Program-made: the position numbers and the translations under genes
The notes under the pieces: generated by a model
The model's input: the letters and a program-made list of their open reading frames with translations, nothing else
The model's database searches: none
Told to the model about the DNA's origin: nothing
Shown here: positions 48,532-58,570 of the stretch, piece by piece
How the letters are laid out: each line of letters starts with the position of its first letter
Numbering within the stretch: position 1 is the first letter of the stretch
Assembly (NCBI GenBank): GCA_937960645.1
Contig: CALGPJ010000009.1
Location: 4,522-68,521 of the forward strand
Source of the DNA: an uncultured Spirochaetia bacterium
GTDB taxonomy: Bacteria > Spirochaetota > Spirochaetia > JABEVK01
DNA: 64,000 nucleotides
Direction of reading: 5' to 3'

Positions 48532-49396
48532 CTTCCAGGTGGGTGATGACCTCACAATCACCGAGCTCGTGGAGGAGGTAGTTCTCCAGGGCGGTGGCCA
48601 GACTGTGTGCGTCGCGCAGGAGGATGTGGTCCTCGTAGACCAGGTGTACCTGAACCCAGATCCTGGCGCCGCTGTTACGGCACCGCAAATCGTGAAAGCC
48701 GATCCTGTTGTTTGTCGCAAATTCGGAAACATGTCCCCGAACCCGTTCGAAGAGCTGAGGACTGACCTCGTCCATCAGCCCCAAAACGCTGCGTCGAATC
48801 AGCCCAATCCCCTCCTTCAGGATGTTAAGTCCCGCAAGGGCCCCAAAAAGAGAATCGAACCAGAACTGACCGGTGAGCAGTACCAACAGCAGTCCCGCCA
48901 CGGCGCCGATGCTGGTGATCGAATCGCTCAGAACGTGTTTACCGTCCGCCTCCAGGATGAGGCTGTCGGTTTTCTTGCCGACGCGAATCAGATAAAGACC
49001 CAGAACCCCGTTCACCACCACCACCACGGCGCTGAGTGCGGTCCCCAGCCCCAATTCGTCGGGCATCCGCCGCTGAAGAAAACTCAGGACCGATTCGTAG
49101 AGGATGAACACCGCCGCCAAAAAGATCAGCGCGCCCTCGACACCGGCGGAAAAGAAGCTGATCCGATCGTAGCCGTAAGGGTAGCGCGCGGACGCCTTTT
49201 TGCGGGCAAGCCGCAGGCTGAATCCCGCGAAGGTGATCGCCACCACGTGGACCACACTCTCGGCAGCGTCGGAGAGGACGGCGGCGCTTCCGGTCAGCGC
49301 ATAGGCGACAATTTTGACCACCAGCAAGGTGTAACCGATGGCAACGCTCAGATTCATGGCAAATGATTGGCATTTTTGCTTGGTCTCGTTCCGCAT
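48476..49396 (-). CDS. cation diffusion facilitator family transporter (CzcD/FieF-like)
   Basis: 6 TM, SDAAESVVH motif in TM2, C-terminal cytoplasmic domain; start may be internal (M at 49357). Confidence 0.8.
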   Translation of the reverse strand: MRNETKQKCQSFAMNLSVAIGYTLLVVKIVAYALTGSAAVLSDAAESVVHVVAITFAGFSLRLARKKASARYPYGYDRISFFSAGVEGALIFLAAVFILYESVLSFLQRRMPDELGLGTALSAVVVVVNGVLGLYLIRVGKKTDSLILEADGKHVLSDSITSIGAVAGLLLVLLTGQFWFDSLFGALAGLNILKEGIGLIRRSVLGLMDEVSPQLFERVRGHVSEFATNNRIGFHDLRCRNSGARIWVQVHLVYEDHILLRDAHSLATALENYLLHELGDCEVITHLEVRGDHQTVHAGHHPEPVL

Positions 49397-49415
49397 GATG
49401 CTCCCTAAAATCTCG

Positions 49416-50315
49416 TCAAAATGTCAACGGCACCACTTTCCAACCCCTGTCTCGGAGAAGACTTCCCACCGACTGTGGCCCCACCAGGTGCCCCAGCCCG
49501 ACAGCCACCAAAAGCCTCTGTCCCTCTGCTGCCCGAAGGGCCACGCGCTCGGCCATGCGGCGGTTTCGAACGCCGATCACTTCCCGGCTGAAGTCGGGCT
49601 CGGTCTGCCACAGCTCGGCAAGGAGGCGGGCGATCTCTACCACCCTTCCCTGCCGGTAATGGTCGTAGAGCTCGGCCAGTTCCCGGCGTTGATTCTCCCA
49701 CTCCAGGAGGGAGCGGCGCAGGGATCGCACCTGCACCTCGGCTGGAAGGGAAGCCAGGGAAGCAAACTGCTCCTCGATCGTCTCCAAACCGGCGACCGTT
49801 TTTTGCCTTTCGCGTGCCGCCTTGAGGAGCAAAAAGTCGAGGCCCGTATCGCGGGTAAGTTCGGCCTCTTTTATCAGGATGTCTGCAAGAAATAACTCGG
49901 CGAACCAGGGCTGAAACCCGCGTACCAACGCGTAGGTCCCCCGATCCGAAACCAGGCCACGCAGCCGGGCGGCAGCGTCCTCCCCGATCGCCTCTACCAG
50001 GCTTCCCCCTCCTGACCAGAGGGCGTGGCGTTGGATGGCGGCGAACATTTCGGAGCGAGACACCGATTCGAGATCGATCTCCAGCAGAACCGTATCGACC
50101 CGATCCCAAAAATCGTTCACACGAGGCGGAAGGTCGGTGTCGGACGGCCGTTGAGCATGCAGGGTCCCGATCAGGTAATGCACTCGCCCTGCTGGATCGG
50201 TCAGTTCGTACGCCAGGGCATCGGCAGGACCATCAGCGACCTGCTCCCTCTTTCCCGAAGCGTAAGCCTGGGCCGCAACATGCAGGATGAGGAAAAACAC
50301 AACCTTGTACTGCAT
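49416..50315 (-). CDS. TraB/GumN family protein
   Basis: family-level similarity (GTLH....D motif region); start at ATG 50315 or 50330. Confidence 0.55.
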   Translation of the reverse strand: MQYKVVFFLILHVAAQAYASGKREQVADGPADALAYELTDPAGRVHYLIGTLHAQRPSDTDLPPRVNDFWDRVDTVLLEIDLESVSRSEMFAAIQRHALWSGGGSLVEAIGEDAAARLRGLVSDRGTYALVRGFQPWFAELFLADILIKEAELTRDTGLDFLLLKAARERQKTVAGLETIEEQFASLASLPAEVQVRSLRRSLLEWENQRRELAELYDHYRQGRVVEIARLLAELWQTEPDFSREVIGVRNRRMAERVALRAAEGQRLLVAVGLGHLVGPQSVGSLLRDRGWKVVPLTF

Positions 50316-50361
50316 GCCCAACCTTGACATATTCCAGCCGTTTTGTTAAGGTCTGAACGTT

Positions 50362-50434
50362 CGGGCTATAGCGCAGGGGTTAGCGTACAAGTCTGGGGGA
50401 CTTGGGGTCGTGGGTTCAAGTCCCACTAGCCCGA
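50362..50434 (+). tRNA. tRNA-Pro (anticodon GGG)
   Basis: cloverleaf folds by hand: acceptor CGGGCTA/TAGCCCG (C1:G72 typical of tRNA-Pro), anticodon loop cTGGGGg, G37, T-arm GTGGG-ttcaagt-CCCAC; no encoded CCA; followed by TTTTT. Confidence 0.85.
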
Positions 50435-50597
50435 TTTTTGAATCCTCGCCTCTTTTTCTCCTCCATTGTTTTTCATCCTCCATTGTTGGGCGCCTGCCGC
50501 TAAAGCGGCACCGGGTCGACTCCGGGCTACGCTTCGCTTCGGTCCTTCGGACGGCGCCGGGGCGCCCCCTCCGTGCCCCTGGCGCGGGACTCCCAAA

Positions 50598-50616
50598 GTG
50601 GTGAATATTTTCACAG
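50598..50616 (+). promoter_or_regulatory. putative Rex operator (GTGAA-tatt-TTCAC) upstream of rex
   Basis: gtGGTGAAtattTTCACAg resembles Rex consensus TTGTGAA-N4-TTCACAA. Confidence 0.45.
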
Positions 50617-50657
50617 ATTGCCTTGATCCGATCGCCAGGCCTCGCTACACTCCAACT

Positions 50658-51305
50658 GTGGATGGCAGGAGGTTGCCCGCCCCGACACGGCTTCGCCTGG
50701 CCCGGCTCTTCCAGCTTCTGGAGACCGAGGAATGGACCCGGCAAAGAAATCTCTCGAGCCGCCTTTTGGCACGTTGGCTGGAAGTCACGCCAGACACGCT
50801 TCGGCGCGACCTCTCCTGGCTGGAGGGGGATCACCCCGGTCGTGTCTGGGAAGCGAGCGAACTGCGGGAAAGACTGGGCCAGGTGCTCGGACTTCCAGGA
50901 GAGATCCGAACCGCCCTGGTGGGCCTGGACGATTGGGCCCTCGAGCTGGTGCTCCGGGGCAGTCTTCCCAGGGGGCTGAAGCTGGTCGCCGGTTTCGACA
51001 GCCGCCAGAACCGGCTGGAGACCCTGGACCTGGATCTGCCCCTGTACCCCTCGGTGGAGCTGCCCCAGCAGGTAGCCCGCCTGGGCATCGAGGCAGCGAT
51101 CCTGGCCGTATCGCCCCAGCAGGCGCCCAGGATAGCCGAGAGGCTGGCTCAAAGCCGGATTCGGGGCATCCTCAACTTGAGCGGCTACCCCCTCAAGTCA
51201 AGCCAACACCTCCGCGTCGTTGACGGGAGTCTGAGTACATTGTGGAGCCACCTGGCCTTGGGCCTGGTCGGGCAAAAGGAGTCGTTTCATGGGTCGAGTG
51301 TATAA
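50658..51305 (+). CDS. rex: redox-sensing transcriptional repressor Rex
   Basis: N-terminal wHTH (RLRLARLFQLL...TLRRDLSWL) and C-terminal region ILAVSPQQAPRIAERLAQSRIRGILNLSGYPL closely mirror Rex; start (GTG 50658 or TTG 50673) uncertain. Confidence 0.7.
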   Translation: MDGRRLPAPTRLRLARLFQLLETEEWTRQRNLSSRLLARWLEVTPDTLRRDLSWLEGDHPGRVWEASELRERLGQVLGLPGEIRTALVGLDDWALELVLRGSLPRGLKLVAGFDSRQNRLETLDLDLPLYPSVELPQQVARLGIEAAILAVSPQQAPRIAERLAQSRIRGILNLSGYPLKSSQHLRVVDGSLSTLWSHLALGLVGQKESFHGSSV

Positions 51306-52389
51306 TTTTTCCGCCGGTCCGAGCATGCTGCCGGAAGAGGTGCTGCAACGGGCAAGCCAGGAAATGTTGGACCACGAGGGCAGCGGGCAGAGCGTCATGG
51401 AGATGAGCCACCGTTCCAAGCAGTTCGCCAAAATCATCGAGGACGCCGAGCGCCTGGTGCGTCAGAACATGGCCATTCCCGACAGCTACGAGGTCTTGTT
51501 CCTCCAGGGCGGGGCCAGCCTGCAGTTCACCATGATCCCGATGAACTTTCTAACCGGTTCCAAAAAGGCCGACATCACCCTGACGGGAGCCTGGGCCCAG
51601 AAGGCCTACGAGGAGATCAACCGTTTGGGAACGGCGGTGGTTCAGGGCTCCTCCAAGGATAAAAAGTTCAGCTACCTCCCACCCATCCAGGGCGTGAGTC
51701 CCGATGCCGACTTTTTTCACATCACCTACAACAACACCATCGAGGGAACCCAGTACCATACCCTGCCGGACACCGGCACGGTTCCTCTGGTGGCCGACAT
51801 CAGCTCGGGAATCCTCTCCGAACCCCTGGACATCGGCCGCTTCGCACTGGCCTACGCCGGGGCGCAAAAAAACCTCGGTCCTGCCGGTGTCACCCTGGTC
51901 ATCGTGCGCAAGGACTTTCTGGCCAAGGCGCCGGATGCCAGGGACCTTCCCCCAATGCTGAGCTACAAGCTCATGGCCGAACACAAGAGCCTGTACAACA
52001 CCCCGCCTTGCTATGCCATTTACATCCTCAAGCTGGTCCAGGAGTGGATCCTCCAGATCGGCGGCGTGGAGGCGCTCTACAAGGCCAATCGCCAGAAAGC
52101 CGAACTGCTTTACGGCTACCTGGACTCGAGCGAATTTTTCTACAGCCCCGTCAACAAGGCCGATCGTAGCCTCATGAACATCCCCTTCATCACCCGGATC
52201 GAGGACGCCGAGAAGGCGGAAGAGATCAACAAGCTCTTCGTCAAAGAGGCCGAACAGGTCGGCCTGGTGAACCTTGCCGGACACCGCAGCGTGGGCGGCA
52301 TGCGGGCCAGCATCTACAACGCCATGCCCCTGGCCGGTGTCGAGAAACTTGTGTCCTTTATGAAGGACTTCGAAAAGAAACACAAATAA
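51289..52389 (+). CDS. serC: phosphoserine aminotransferase
   Basis: YNFSAGPSMLPEEVL N-terminus and PLP fold typical of SerC. Confidence 0.9.
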   Translation: MGRVYNFSAGPSMLPEEVLQRASQEMLDHEGSGQSVMEMSHRSKQFAKIIEDAERLVRQNMAIPDSYEVLFLQGGASLQFTMIPMNFLTGSKKADITLTGAWAQKAYEEINRLGTAVVQGSSKDKKFSYLPPIQGVSPDADFFHITYNNTIEGTQYHTLPDTGTVPLVADISSGILSEPLDIGRFALAYAGAQKNLGPAGVTLVIVRKDFLAKAPDARDLPPMLSYKLMAEHKSLYNTPPCYAIYILKLVQEWILQIGGVEALYKANRQKAELLYGYLDSSEFFYSPVNKADRSLMNIPFITRIEDAEKAEEINKLFVKEAEQVGLVNLAGHRSVGGMRASIYNAMPLAGVEKLVSFMKDFEKKHK

Positions 52390-52399
52390 AGGAGTGACC

Positions 52400-53575
52400 A
52401 TGTACGCCATCCAAACCTTGAACAAAATTGCAGCCTGCGGCCTGGACCGTTTGCCGCGCGATCAGTACGAAACCGCCACCGAAATCCAAAACCCCGTGGG
52501 GATCCTCGTGCGGAGCGCCGACATGCACACCATGAATCTTCCCGATTCGGTCCTGGCCATTGCCCGTGCGGGTGCGGGAACCAACAACATTCCCATTCCT
52601 CAATGTTCCGAGCGCGGCATCGTGGTGTTCAACACCCCGGGGGCCAATGCCAACGGTGTCAAAGAACTGGTGATCGCCGCCCTGCTTCTCTCGAGCCGCA
52701 AAATCGTCGAGGGGCTGAACTGGACCCAGACCCTCAAGGGCAAGGGCGATGAGGTTCCCGGCCTGGTCGAAAAGGGTAAGGCGGATTTTGCTGGGCCCGA
52801 AATCCAGGGAAAGACCCTCGGGGTGATCGGCCTGGGTGCCATCGGGGTCATGACCGCCAACGCGGGTCTGGCCCTCGGCATGCGGGTGCTCGGCTACGAT
52901 CCCTACATCAGCGTGGAGGGCGCCTGGAAACTGAGCCGTGAGGTGGTCAAGGCCGGCAGTGTCGATGCCCTCATCGCAGAGGCGGACTACATCACCGTCC
53001 ACGTCCCGCTGACTGCGGAAACCCGCGGCATCTTCAACAAGGAGCGCCTGGCCCGGCTCAAGAAGGGCGCCCGGCTCATCAACCTCAGCCGATCCGGTTT
53101 GGTGGACAACGAGGCCCTCCTGCAGGAAGTGAAGAGCGGCCACATCGCCGCCTACGTCACGGACTTTCCCGAGGATGAGCTGCTCGGTGTGCCGAATGTC
53201 TATTGTATCCCGCACCTGGGTGCGAGCACCCCCGAGAGCGAGGACAACTGCGCCATCATGGCCGTGGACCAAATCCGGGAATACCTCGAACGTGGTAACA
53301 TCAAAAACAGCGTCAACTTCCCGGACTGTGACATGGCCCCCTCGGGCAAGGACAGGATCGTCATCATCAACCGAAACATTCCCAACATGGTCGGTCAATT
53401 CACCACCGTCCTGGCCAGGCGCAACATCAACATCGAGGACATGATCAACAAACACAAGGGGGACTGGGCCTACAACATCATCGATGTTTCAGGAGACCTG
53501 AACGGGGACCTCGAAAAGGAACTGCAGTCCATCGACGGCGTGGTCAAAGTGAGGATCCTCCCCAACTGCCGATGA
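52400..53575 (+). CDS. serA: D-3-phosphoglycerate dehydrogenase (with C-terminal ACT domain)
   Basis: D-2-hydroxyacid dehydrogenase NAD motif GVIGLGAIG, catalytic R/E/H, ACT-like C-terminus; AAGGAG RBS. Confidence 0.85.
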   Translation: MYAIQTLNKIAACGLDRLPRDQYETATEIQNPVGILVRSADMHTMNLPDSVLAIARAGAGTNNIPIPQCSERGIVVFNTPGANANGVKELVIAALLLSSRKIVEGLNWTQTLKGKGDEVPGLVEKGKADFAGPEIQGKTLGVIGLGAIGVMTANAGLALGMRVLGYDPYISVEGAWKLSREVVKAGSVDALIAEADYITVHVPLTAETRGIFNKERLARLKKGARLINLSRSGLVDNEALLQEVKSGHIAAYVTDFPEDELLGVPNVYCIPHLGASTPESEDNCAIMAVDQIREYLERGNIKNSVNFPDCDMAPSGKDRIVIINRNIPNMVGQFTTVLARRNINIEDMINKHKGDWAYNIIDVSGDLNGDLEKELQSIDGVVKVRILPNCR

Positions 53576-53913
53576 ACCCGCAGATCCTCCTGGTGGATGA
53601 CGACGAGACGACACGAGACATCCTGAACCGGCTATTCGAACGGTTGGGAGTGAAGATTGCCACTGCCGCGAATCCTGAAGAAGCCCTGGCTGTCCTCAGT
53701 CAGGGCTCTTTTTCTGCGGCCATCCTCGATCATCAATTGAAGGGCAGTCTCGGAATCGATTTGGCGCATCGTTTGGCCCGGCAGTATCCCGGCCTCAAAC
53801 TCATCTCCCTGAGCGGAGACGTGGTCCCGGACCCCGTCTTCTGCCGGCACATGGTCAAGCCCGTTCGACTGGCGGACCTCCGCGAACTTCTCCTCTTCCT
53901 TGGCTTTTCATAA
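53572..53913 (+). CDS. single-domain response regulator (REC)
   Basis: ILLVDDDETTRD ... D(ILDHQL) ... S(LSG) ... K(MVKP); ATGA overlap with serA. Confidence 0.7.
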   Translation: MNPQILLVDDDETTRDILNRLFERLGVKIATAANPEEALAVLSQGSFSAAILDHQLKGSLGIDLAHRLARQYPGLKLISLSGDVVPDPVFCRHMVKPVRLADLRELLLFLGFS

Positions 53914-53949
53914 CCTCGACATTATGGTAAAACCGTTGCGGAGGTGAGG

Positions 53950-54999
53950 ATGCGCAAAACTTGCTTTTTCCTGCTGGGAGTGATGCTCCTTTCGTGCGGC
54001 AACACCCAGGCGCAAAGCCCCGATAGGAGTCAAACGATGGAATTCGTGAAACAGCAGGGTGATGGCCTTTTCGCCATCATGCAAACCAACCGTGGGGACA
54101 TCGTCCTCCGCCTGGAATATGAGAAGGCCCCGATGACCGTGGCGAATTTCGTCGGGCTTGCCGAGGGCACCCTGGAACCCCTCGTCCGCCGAGGGCAGCC
54201 CTACTACGACGGGCTCACCTTTCACCGCGTGGTGGCCGACTTCGTGATCCAGGGGGGCGATCCTCAGGGCAATGGCCGGGGCGGCCCGGGCTACACCTTT
54301 CCGGATGAAATCACCGATTTGAAACACGACAGCGCCGGCATCCTGTCCATGGCCAACGCAGGGCCGAACACCAACGGCAGCCAGTTTTTTATCACGCACC
54401 GGCCGACGCCGCACCTCGACGGAAAACACAGCGTGTTCGGCAGGGTGATTCGCGGCATGGAGGTGGTGAACGCCATCCAACAGGGGGACAGCTTGATAAC
54501 CCTGACCATCGTCCGCAACGGCGAAAAGGCGGGCAATTTCCGCCCGACCCAGGCCACATTCACTCAGATGATTCAACAGGCCACCCGGCGCCAGCAGGAG
54601 CAGGCGGAACAGAGAAAGCAGGCGGACCTCGCCACGGTGAGCCAGCGCTGGCCCAACGCCCGGATCACCGCGAGCGGGCTTCGTTACCTGGTGCGTTCCG
54701 CCGGAAACGGCCCCAAGCCCAACCGGGGCCAAAACATCAGTGTCCACTACGAGGGGCGTCTCTTGAACGATCAGGTGTTCGATTCCAGCCTTCGACGCAA
54801 CGAGCCTATCCAGTTTCCCGTGGGCACCGGACGCGTCATCCCTGGCTGGGACGAGGGGCTCCTGGATATGCGGGTCGGCGAGAAGCGGACCCTGATCATT
54901 CCCCCAAACCTGGCCTACGGTTCCGAGGGTGCGGGGGGTGTCATCCCACCGGATGCCTGGCTGGTCTTCGATGTGGAGCTGGTGGCAATCAGTCCCTGA
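53950..54999 (+). CDS. dual-family peptidyl-prolyl cis-trans isomerase lipoprotein (cyclophilin domain + FKBP domain)
   Basis: lipobox LLSC|G; cyclophilin motifs ([32 protein letters not shown]); FKBP motifs ([16 protein letters not shown]...[15 protein letters not shown]...YGSEG...[14 protein letters not shown]). Confidence 0.8.
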   Translation: MRKTCFFLLGVMLLSCGNTQAQSPDRSQTMEFVKQQGDGLFAIMQTNRGDIVLRLEYEKAPMTVANFVGLAEGTLEPLVRRGQPYYDGLTFHRVVADFVIQGGDPQGNGRGGPGYTFPDEITDLKHDSAGILSMANAGPNTNGSQFFITHRPTPHLDGKHSVFGRVIRGMEVVNAIQQGDSLITLTIVRNGEKAGNFRPTQATFTQMIQQATRRQQEQAEQRKQADLATVSQRWPNARITASGLRYLVRSAGNGPKPNRGQNISVHYEGRLLNDQVFDSSLRRNEPIQFPVGTGRVIPGWDEGLLDMRVGEKRTLIIPPNLAYGSEGAGGVIPPDAWLVFDVELVAISP

Positions 55000-56098
55000 G
55001 CTGTTGCTTTAACTGTTCGATGGTCCCGAGGATCTTGTCCAGGGAAAAAGGCTTCACGAAGTAGCCGTCGGCCTGGTTTTTGAACGCCAGCTTGACGAAC
55101 TCGTAGCCGTCCACCGCCGTGTTGATATAGATCTTCGTGGACAGCTTCGGCGGCACGCCCCGGCGCGACTCTTCGTCCCGAATCCGCACAAGAAGCTCCT
55201 GACCGCTCAAACCCGGGATCATTTGGTCCAGGATCATGACCTGATAGGGTTGTTGGCGGTCCAGAGCCTGCAACCACCGGTTCCAGGCGGCCACGCCGTC
55301 GGGGGCCTCCTCCACCTCGTTGTTTTTGGCCAGCACCCGGGTTAGAACCATTCGGGTCAGAGCATCGTCCTCCACCACCAGGATTTTCAACGGAGTGGCG
55401 GCATTTTCTGCCGAAAGCGGCCGTTGTGCAGCTCGGGCGGGTAACCTGGCCGGCAGCACCGGATCGTAAAAGAGACGGCTCAGGGCCGGTTGTTCCTCGG
55501 CGCTGCTGAACAAAAAAGAAACGACGACCTCGGGCTGGCTTCGATCCCAGTCCGCAATGTCCGGATGCAGGCTGTAGAGGCAGCCGACCTTTGCTAAATT
55601 GTTGAAGAGGGGTAAACGAGCCCAGGCGGCTTTATCGAGACTGGTTTTGAACGTTTTTTGAAGCACCCAGAGTCGGGCCCCTTCCTCCAGAGAGCGATGT
55701 ATCGTTGCCAGAGTCTCCCTGGATAGAGGCGATTTCCACTCGAGGAAATTGACCGGATCGGCTGGCCTCGCTTTTTGTTTGGCGGGCTGCAATTCATCTT
55801 GCTCCGGAAGGTCCTGGCCGCCTAGAACGCTCTTACGGAGGTGGTCGATCAGCCTGAACAGGGGATCGAGATCCAAACCCTGACAATTTCCGGATTTCCG
55901 GGCAGTATCGAGGCGATCTTCCATCCGATGAACAGCCCGGGAGGCGTGAGCGAAACCCGCCAGGGCCAGGGTCCCCTTCAGACTGTGCGCCTTTTGAAAG
56001 GCCAGGTGCACGTCAGCGATTTCGCACCGTTGTTCGACTTTCAGAAGAACTTTTTCCCAATCTTCCAACAGGCCGACGATTTCCTCGAGGTCTTTCAT
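54989..56098 (-). CDS. HPt domain - linker - receiver (REC) domain signalling protein
   Basis: N-terminal HPt ([19 protein letters not shown], phospho-His in H.LKG context), C-terminal REC (ILVVEDD...[12 protein letters not shown]...YFVKPF); start ATG 56098 or TTG 56125. Confidence 0.6.
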   Translation of the reverse strand: MKDLEEIVGLLEDWEKVLLKVEQRCEIADVHLAFQKAHSLKGTLALAGFAHASRAVHRMEDRLDTARKSGNCQGLDLDPLFRLIDHLRKSVLGGQDLPEQDELQPAKQKARPADPVNFLEWKSPLSRETLATIHRSLEEGARLWVLQKTFKTSLDKAAWARLPLFNNLAKVGCLYSLHPDIADWDRSQPEVVVSFLFSSAEEQPALSRLFYDPVLPARLPARAAQRPLSAENAATPLKILVVEDDALTRMVLTRVLAKNNEVEEAPDGVAAWNRWLQALDRQQPYQVMILDQMIPGLSGQELLVRIRDEESRRGVPPKLSTKIYINTAVDGYEFVKLAFKNQADGYFVKPFSLDKILGTIEQLKQQLRD

Positions 56099-56207
56099 CT
56101 TTTTTAGCTTACCATGTTTTTTCAATTTGTACGTTTTTTCAATTTGATTGAGATCGAGTTTCCTTCCCGGTATTTTCTTATTAAATTATCAAGACAAAGG
56201 AGGTAGC

Positions 56208-56819
56208 ATGCCATTCACTCTCGATCCCTTACCCTATCCCTACGAGGCCCTGGAACCGCACATCGACACGATGACCATGCAGATTCACCACGACAAGCAC
56301 CACCAGGCGTACGTCAACAATCTGAATGCCGCCCTTGCCGGTCACGAGGCCGACACCTGGGACATCGAAAAGATTCTGACCCAACTCGACAAAATCCCCG
56401 AGGACAAAAGGACCGCGGTCCGCAACAACGGCGGTGGACACCACAACCACAGTCTGTTTTGGGAAATTCTGACGCCCGGTGGGAGTAACGTTCCTGGCGG
56501 AGATCTCAAAGACGCGATCGACAAGTCCTTCGGATCTTTCGACAACCTGAAGGCGGAGTTGACCAAGGCCGGCAGCACCCGTTTCGGTTCCGGCTGGGCC
56601 TGGCTGGTGCTCAAATCGGACAAGAGTTTGAGCGTCATCAGCACGCCCAATCAGGACAGTCCCCTGATGGACGGCCTGCGTCCGATTTTGGGCATCGATG
56701 TTTGGGAACACGCCTACTACCTGAAGTATCAAAACCGCCGGCCCGACTACCTGGCAGCAATTTTTAACGTGATCAACTGGGACAAGGTCGGGGAGCTTTA
56801 CGCAAAGTATTCGAAATAG
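56208..56819 (+). CDS. sod: Fe/Mn superoxide dismutase
   Basis: [13 protein letters not shown]...HHDKHH...; DVWEHAYY C-terminal metal-binding motif; AAAGGAGG RBS. Confidence 0.9.
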   Translation: MPFTLDPLPYPYEALEPHIDTMTMQIHHDKHHQAYVNNLNAALAGHEADTWDIEKILTQLDKIPEDKRTAVRNNGGGHHNHSLFWEILTPGGSNVPGGDLKDAIDKSFGSFDNLKAELTKAGSTRFGSGWAWLVLKSDKSLSVISTPNQDSPLMDGLRPILGIDVWEHAYYLKYQNRRPDYLAAIFNVINWDKVGELYAKYSK

Positions 56820-56842
56820 AGCGCATCGCCGATACCCCGGAG

Positions 56843-56868
56843 GAAGGAGGTCCCACCCTCCTTCTTTT
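56843..56868 (+). terminator. rho-independent terminator GAAGGAGG-tcccac-CCTCCTTC + TTTT after sod
   Basis: perfect 8-bp stem plus T-run. Confidence 0.55.
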
Positions 56869-56884
56869 GGGTGTACAATGATTC

Positions 56885-58570
56885 ATGAAAACTCTTGTTT
56901 CCTGCCTCATCCTGGGGTTTCTGTTTCTGAGCTGTGCCGGCCAGGGACAAAGTGCCCCCAATCCGAGTCGCTCACAGGGCAGCCCTCGAACGCCGATCGC
57001 ACCCCTGCCACCCACCTCGGACCCCTCCCCGGCTGCCGAAACATTTCGTGATCTGAAGCCCCTCCAACCCGATCCCGCACAGAGCCTGGGAGCGGAGGCC
57101 GCCGACTGGTACGCCGATGCCGTGGGGTACCATATCTGGGTCAACGCCTTTTACGACTCGGACGGGTCGGGGGTCGGTGACCTGAGGGGGATCACGCAAA
57201 AACTGGACTACCTGGCCGATTTGGGTGCGGACCTCGTGTGGCTGTCTCCCTTTTTTGAATCGAGCAGCGAGGCCATCAACCTCCACATGTACGACACCAC
57301 CGATCATTACCGTGTCGACCCGCGCTTCGGGAAAAACGAGGACGTCGACGAGCTGTTGCGCGAAGCTCACCGCCGGGGTATCCGGGTGATTTTCGACTGG
57401 GTTCCCAACCACGTTTCCAACAAGCATCCCTGGTTCCTGCAGAGCTCCCAATCACAAAACGATTACCGCGATTGGTTCGTGTGGCGGGAACGCGCGGGAT
57501 CCCAGCAGGGTCCCTGGGGGCAGCAGGTTTGGCACCGCCACTCCAGCGGCTTTTATTATGGGGTCTTCTGGTCCGGTATGCCGGACATCAATTGGCGTCA
57601 TCAACCTGCCAAGGACGCCATGGTCAACGTGGTGATCCACTGGCTAAACCGGGGCTTCGACGGCATGCGTGTCGATGCGGTCAAATACCTCTACGAGGAC
57701 CCCGCCTCGGTGGCTGGTGGCTATGCCGACCAGCCCGAGACCAAGGCCCTTTTTCAGGCCCTCCGTGCCCAGGTTCTGGACCGCTATGCCGACTACAAAG
57801 ATGGTCGGGGGCGGCCCTTGCACAAAATGATGGTGGCCGAAAACTGGACCAACGACCGCAGCAACCTGCTGAGCTACCTGGTCGTCGATCAAAAACCCGG
57901 TTTTCACATGACTCTGGACTTCGAGTTCGCCTATTTGGCCGATGCCCGAAACATCTTCGGGCTCAAGAGCCTGGGCCTCTGGGCCGCCACCCTACCCGCA
58001 GGGGCACGCACCGCCACCTTCCTTTCCAACCACGACAATGTGGTGGTTCGGCCCATGAGCAAGCACGGGCCGGAAATGATGATTGCCGTGGCGGCCCTTC
58101 AACTCTTGTGGATCGGGACCCCCTTCATCTATTACGGCAATGAGGTCGGCATGCCCGACGCCTCCGGATTCGCCGGTCAATCCCATGCCGACCGCCGCCA
58201 CCGGCAACCCATGGCGTGGGAGCTCGTGGACAAACAAAAGGGAACAGCCGACAGCTTATGGAGTTTCCACAAAACCCTGATCCGCCTGCGAAAAGATCGC
58301 ATCAGCCTGCGCCGCGGGGATATGGCCTTTTTGGAAGGCCCCGACAAGGTTCTCGCCTTTGTGCGCCGCCACCGGGAGCAAAGGACCTTGGTCCTGATCA
58401 ATCTGGGCTCCACGCCTGCTTCGATTTCCAGCCTGGCGCTGCCTTCCCCTGTCTCGGGAAGACAGGTGGCGAAACTGATCGGCTGGGGCAATTCAGATCT
58501 CGGGGTCCGCGGCGGTTCGCTCTTTGGCAATATGCCGGCGGGGGCGGTGGAGGTCTGGGACCTTCCCTAG
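56885..58570 (+). CDS. alpha-amylase family glycoside hydrolase (GH13) lipoprotein
   Basis: lipobox LFLSC|AG; GH13 regions [20 protein letters not shown], catalytic-region pattern. Confidence 0.8.
   Translation: MKTLVSCLILGFLFLSCAGQGQSAPNPSRSQGSPRTPIAPLPPTSDPSPAAETFRDLKPLQPDPAQSLGAEAADWYADAVGYHIWVNAFYDSDGSGVGDLRGITQKLDYLADLGADLVWLSPFFESSSEAINLHMYDTTDHYRVDPRFGKNEDVDELLREAHRRGIRVIFDWVPNHVSNKHPWFLQSSQSQNDYRDWFVWRERAGSQQGPWGQQVWHRHSSGFYYGVFWSGMPDINWRHQPAKDAMVNVVIHWLNRGFDGMRVDAVKYLYEDPASVAGGYADQPETKALFQALRAQVLDRYADYKDGRGRPLHKMMVAENWTNDRSNLLSYLVVDQKPGFHMTLDFEFAYLADARNIFGLKSLGLWAATLPAGARTATFLSNHDNVVVRPMSKHGPEMMIAVAALQLLWIGTPFIYYGNEVGMPDASGFAGQSHADRRHRQPMAWELVDKQKGTADSLWSFHKTLIRLRKDRISLRRGDMAFLEGPDKVLAFVRRHREQRTLVLINLGSTPASISSLALPSPVSGRQVAKLIGWGNSDLGVRGGSLFGNMPAGAVEVWDLP

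Noticed and set aside
50466-50657. N-terminal 64 codons of the ORF containing rex
   Set aside because: This part has no similarity to Rex N-termini, is low-complexity, and would bury the Rex-box-like palindrome inside the CDS. The start was moved to GTG 50658.
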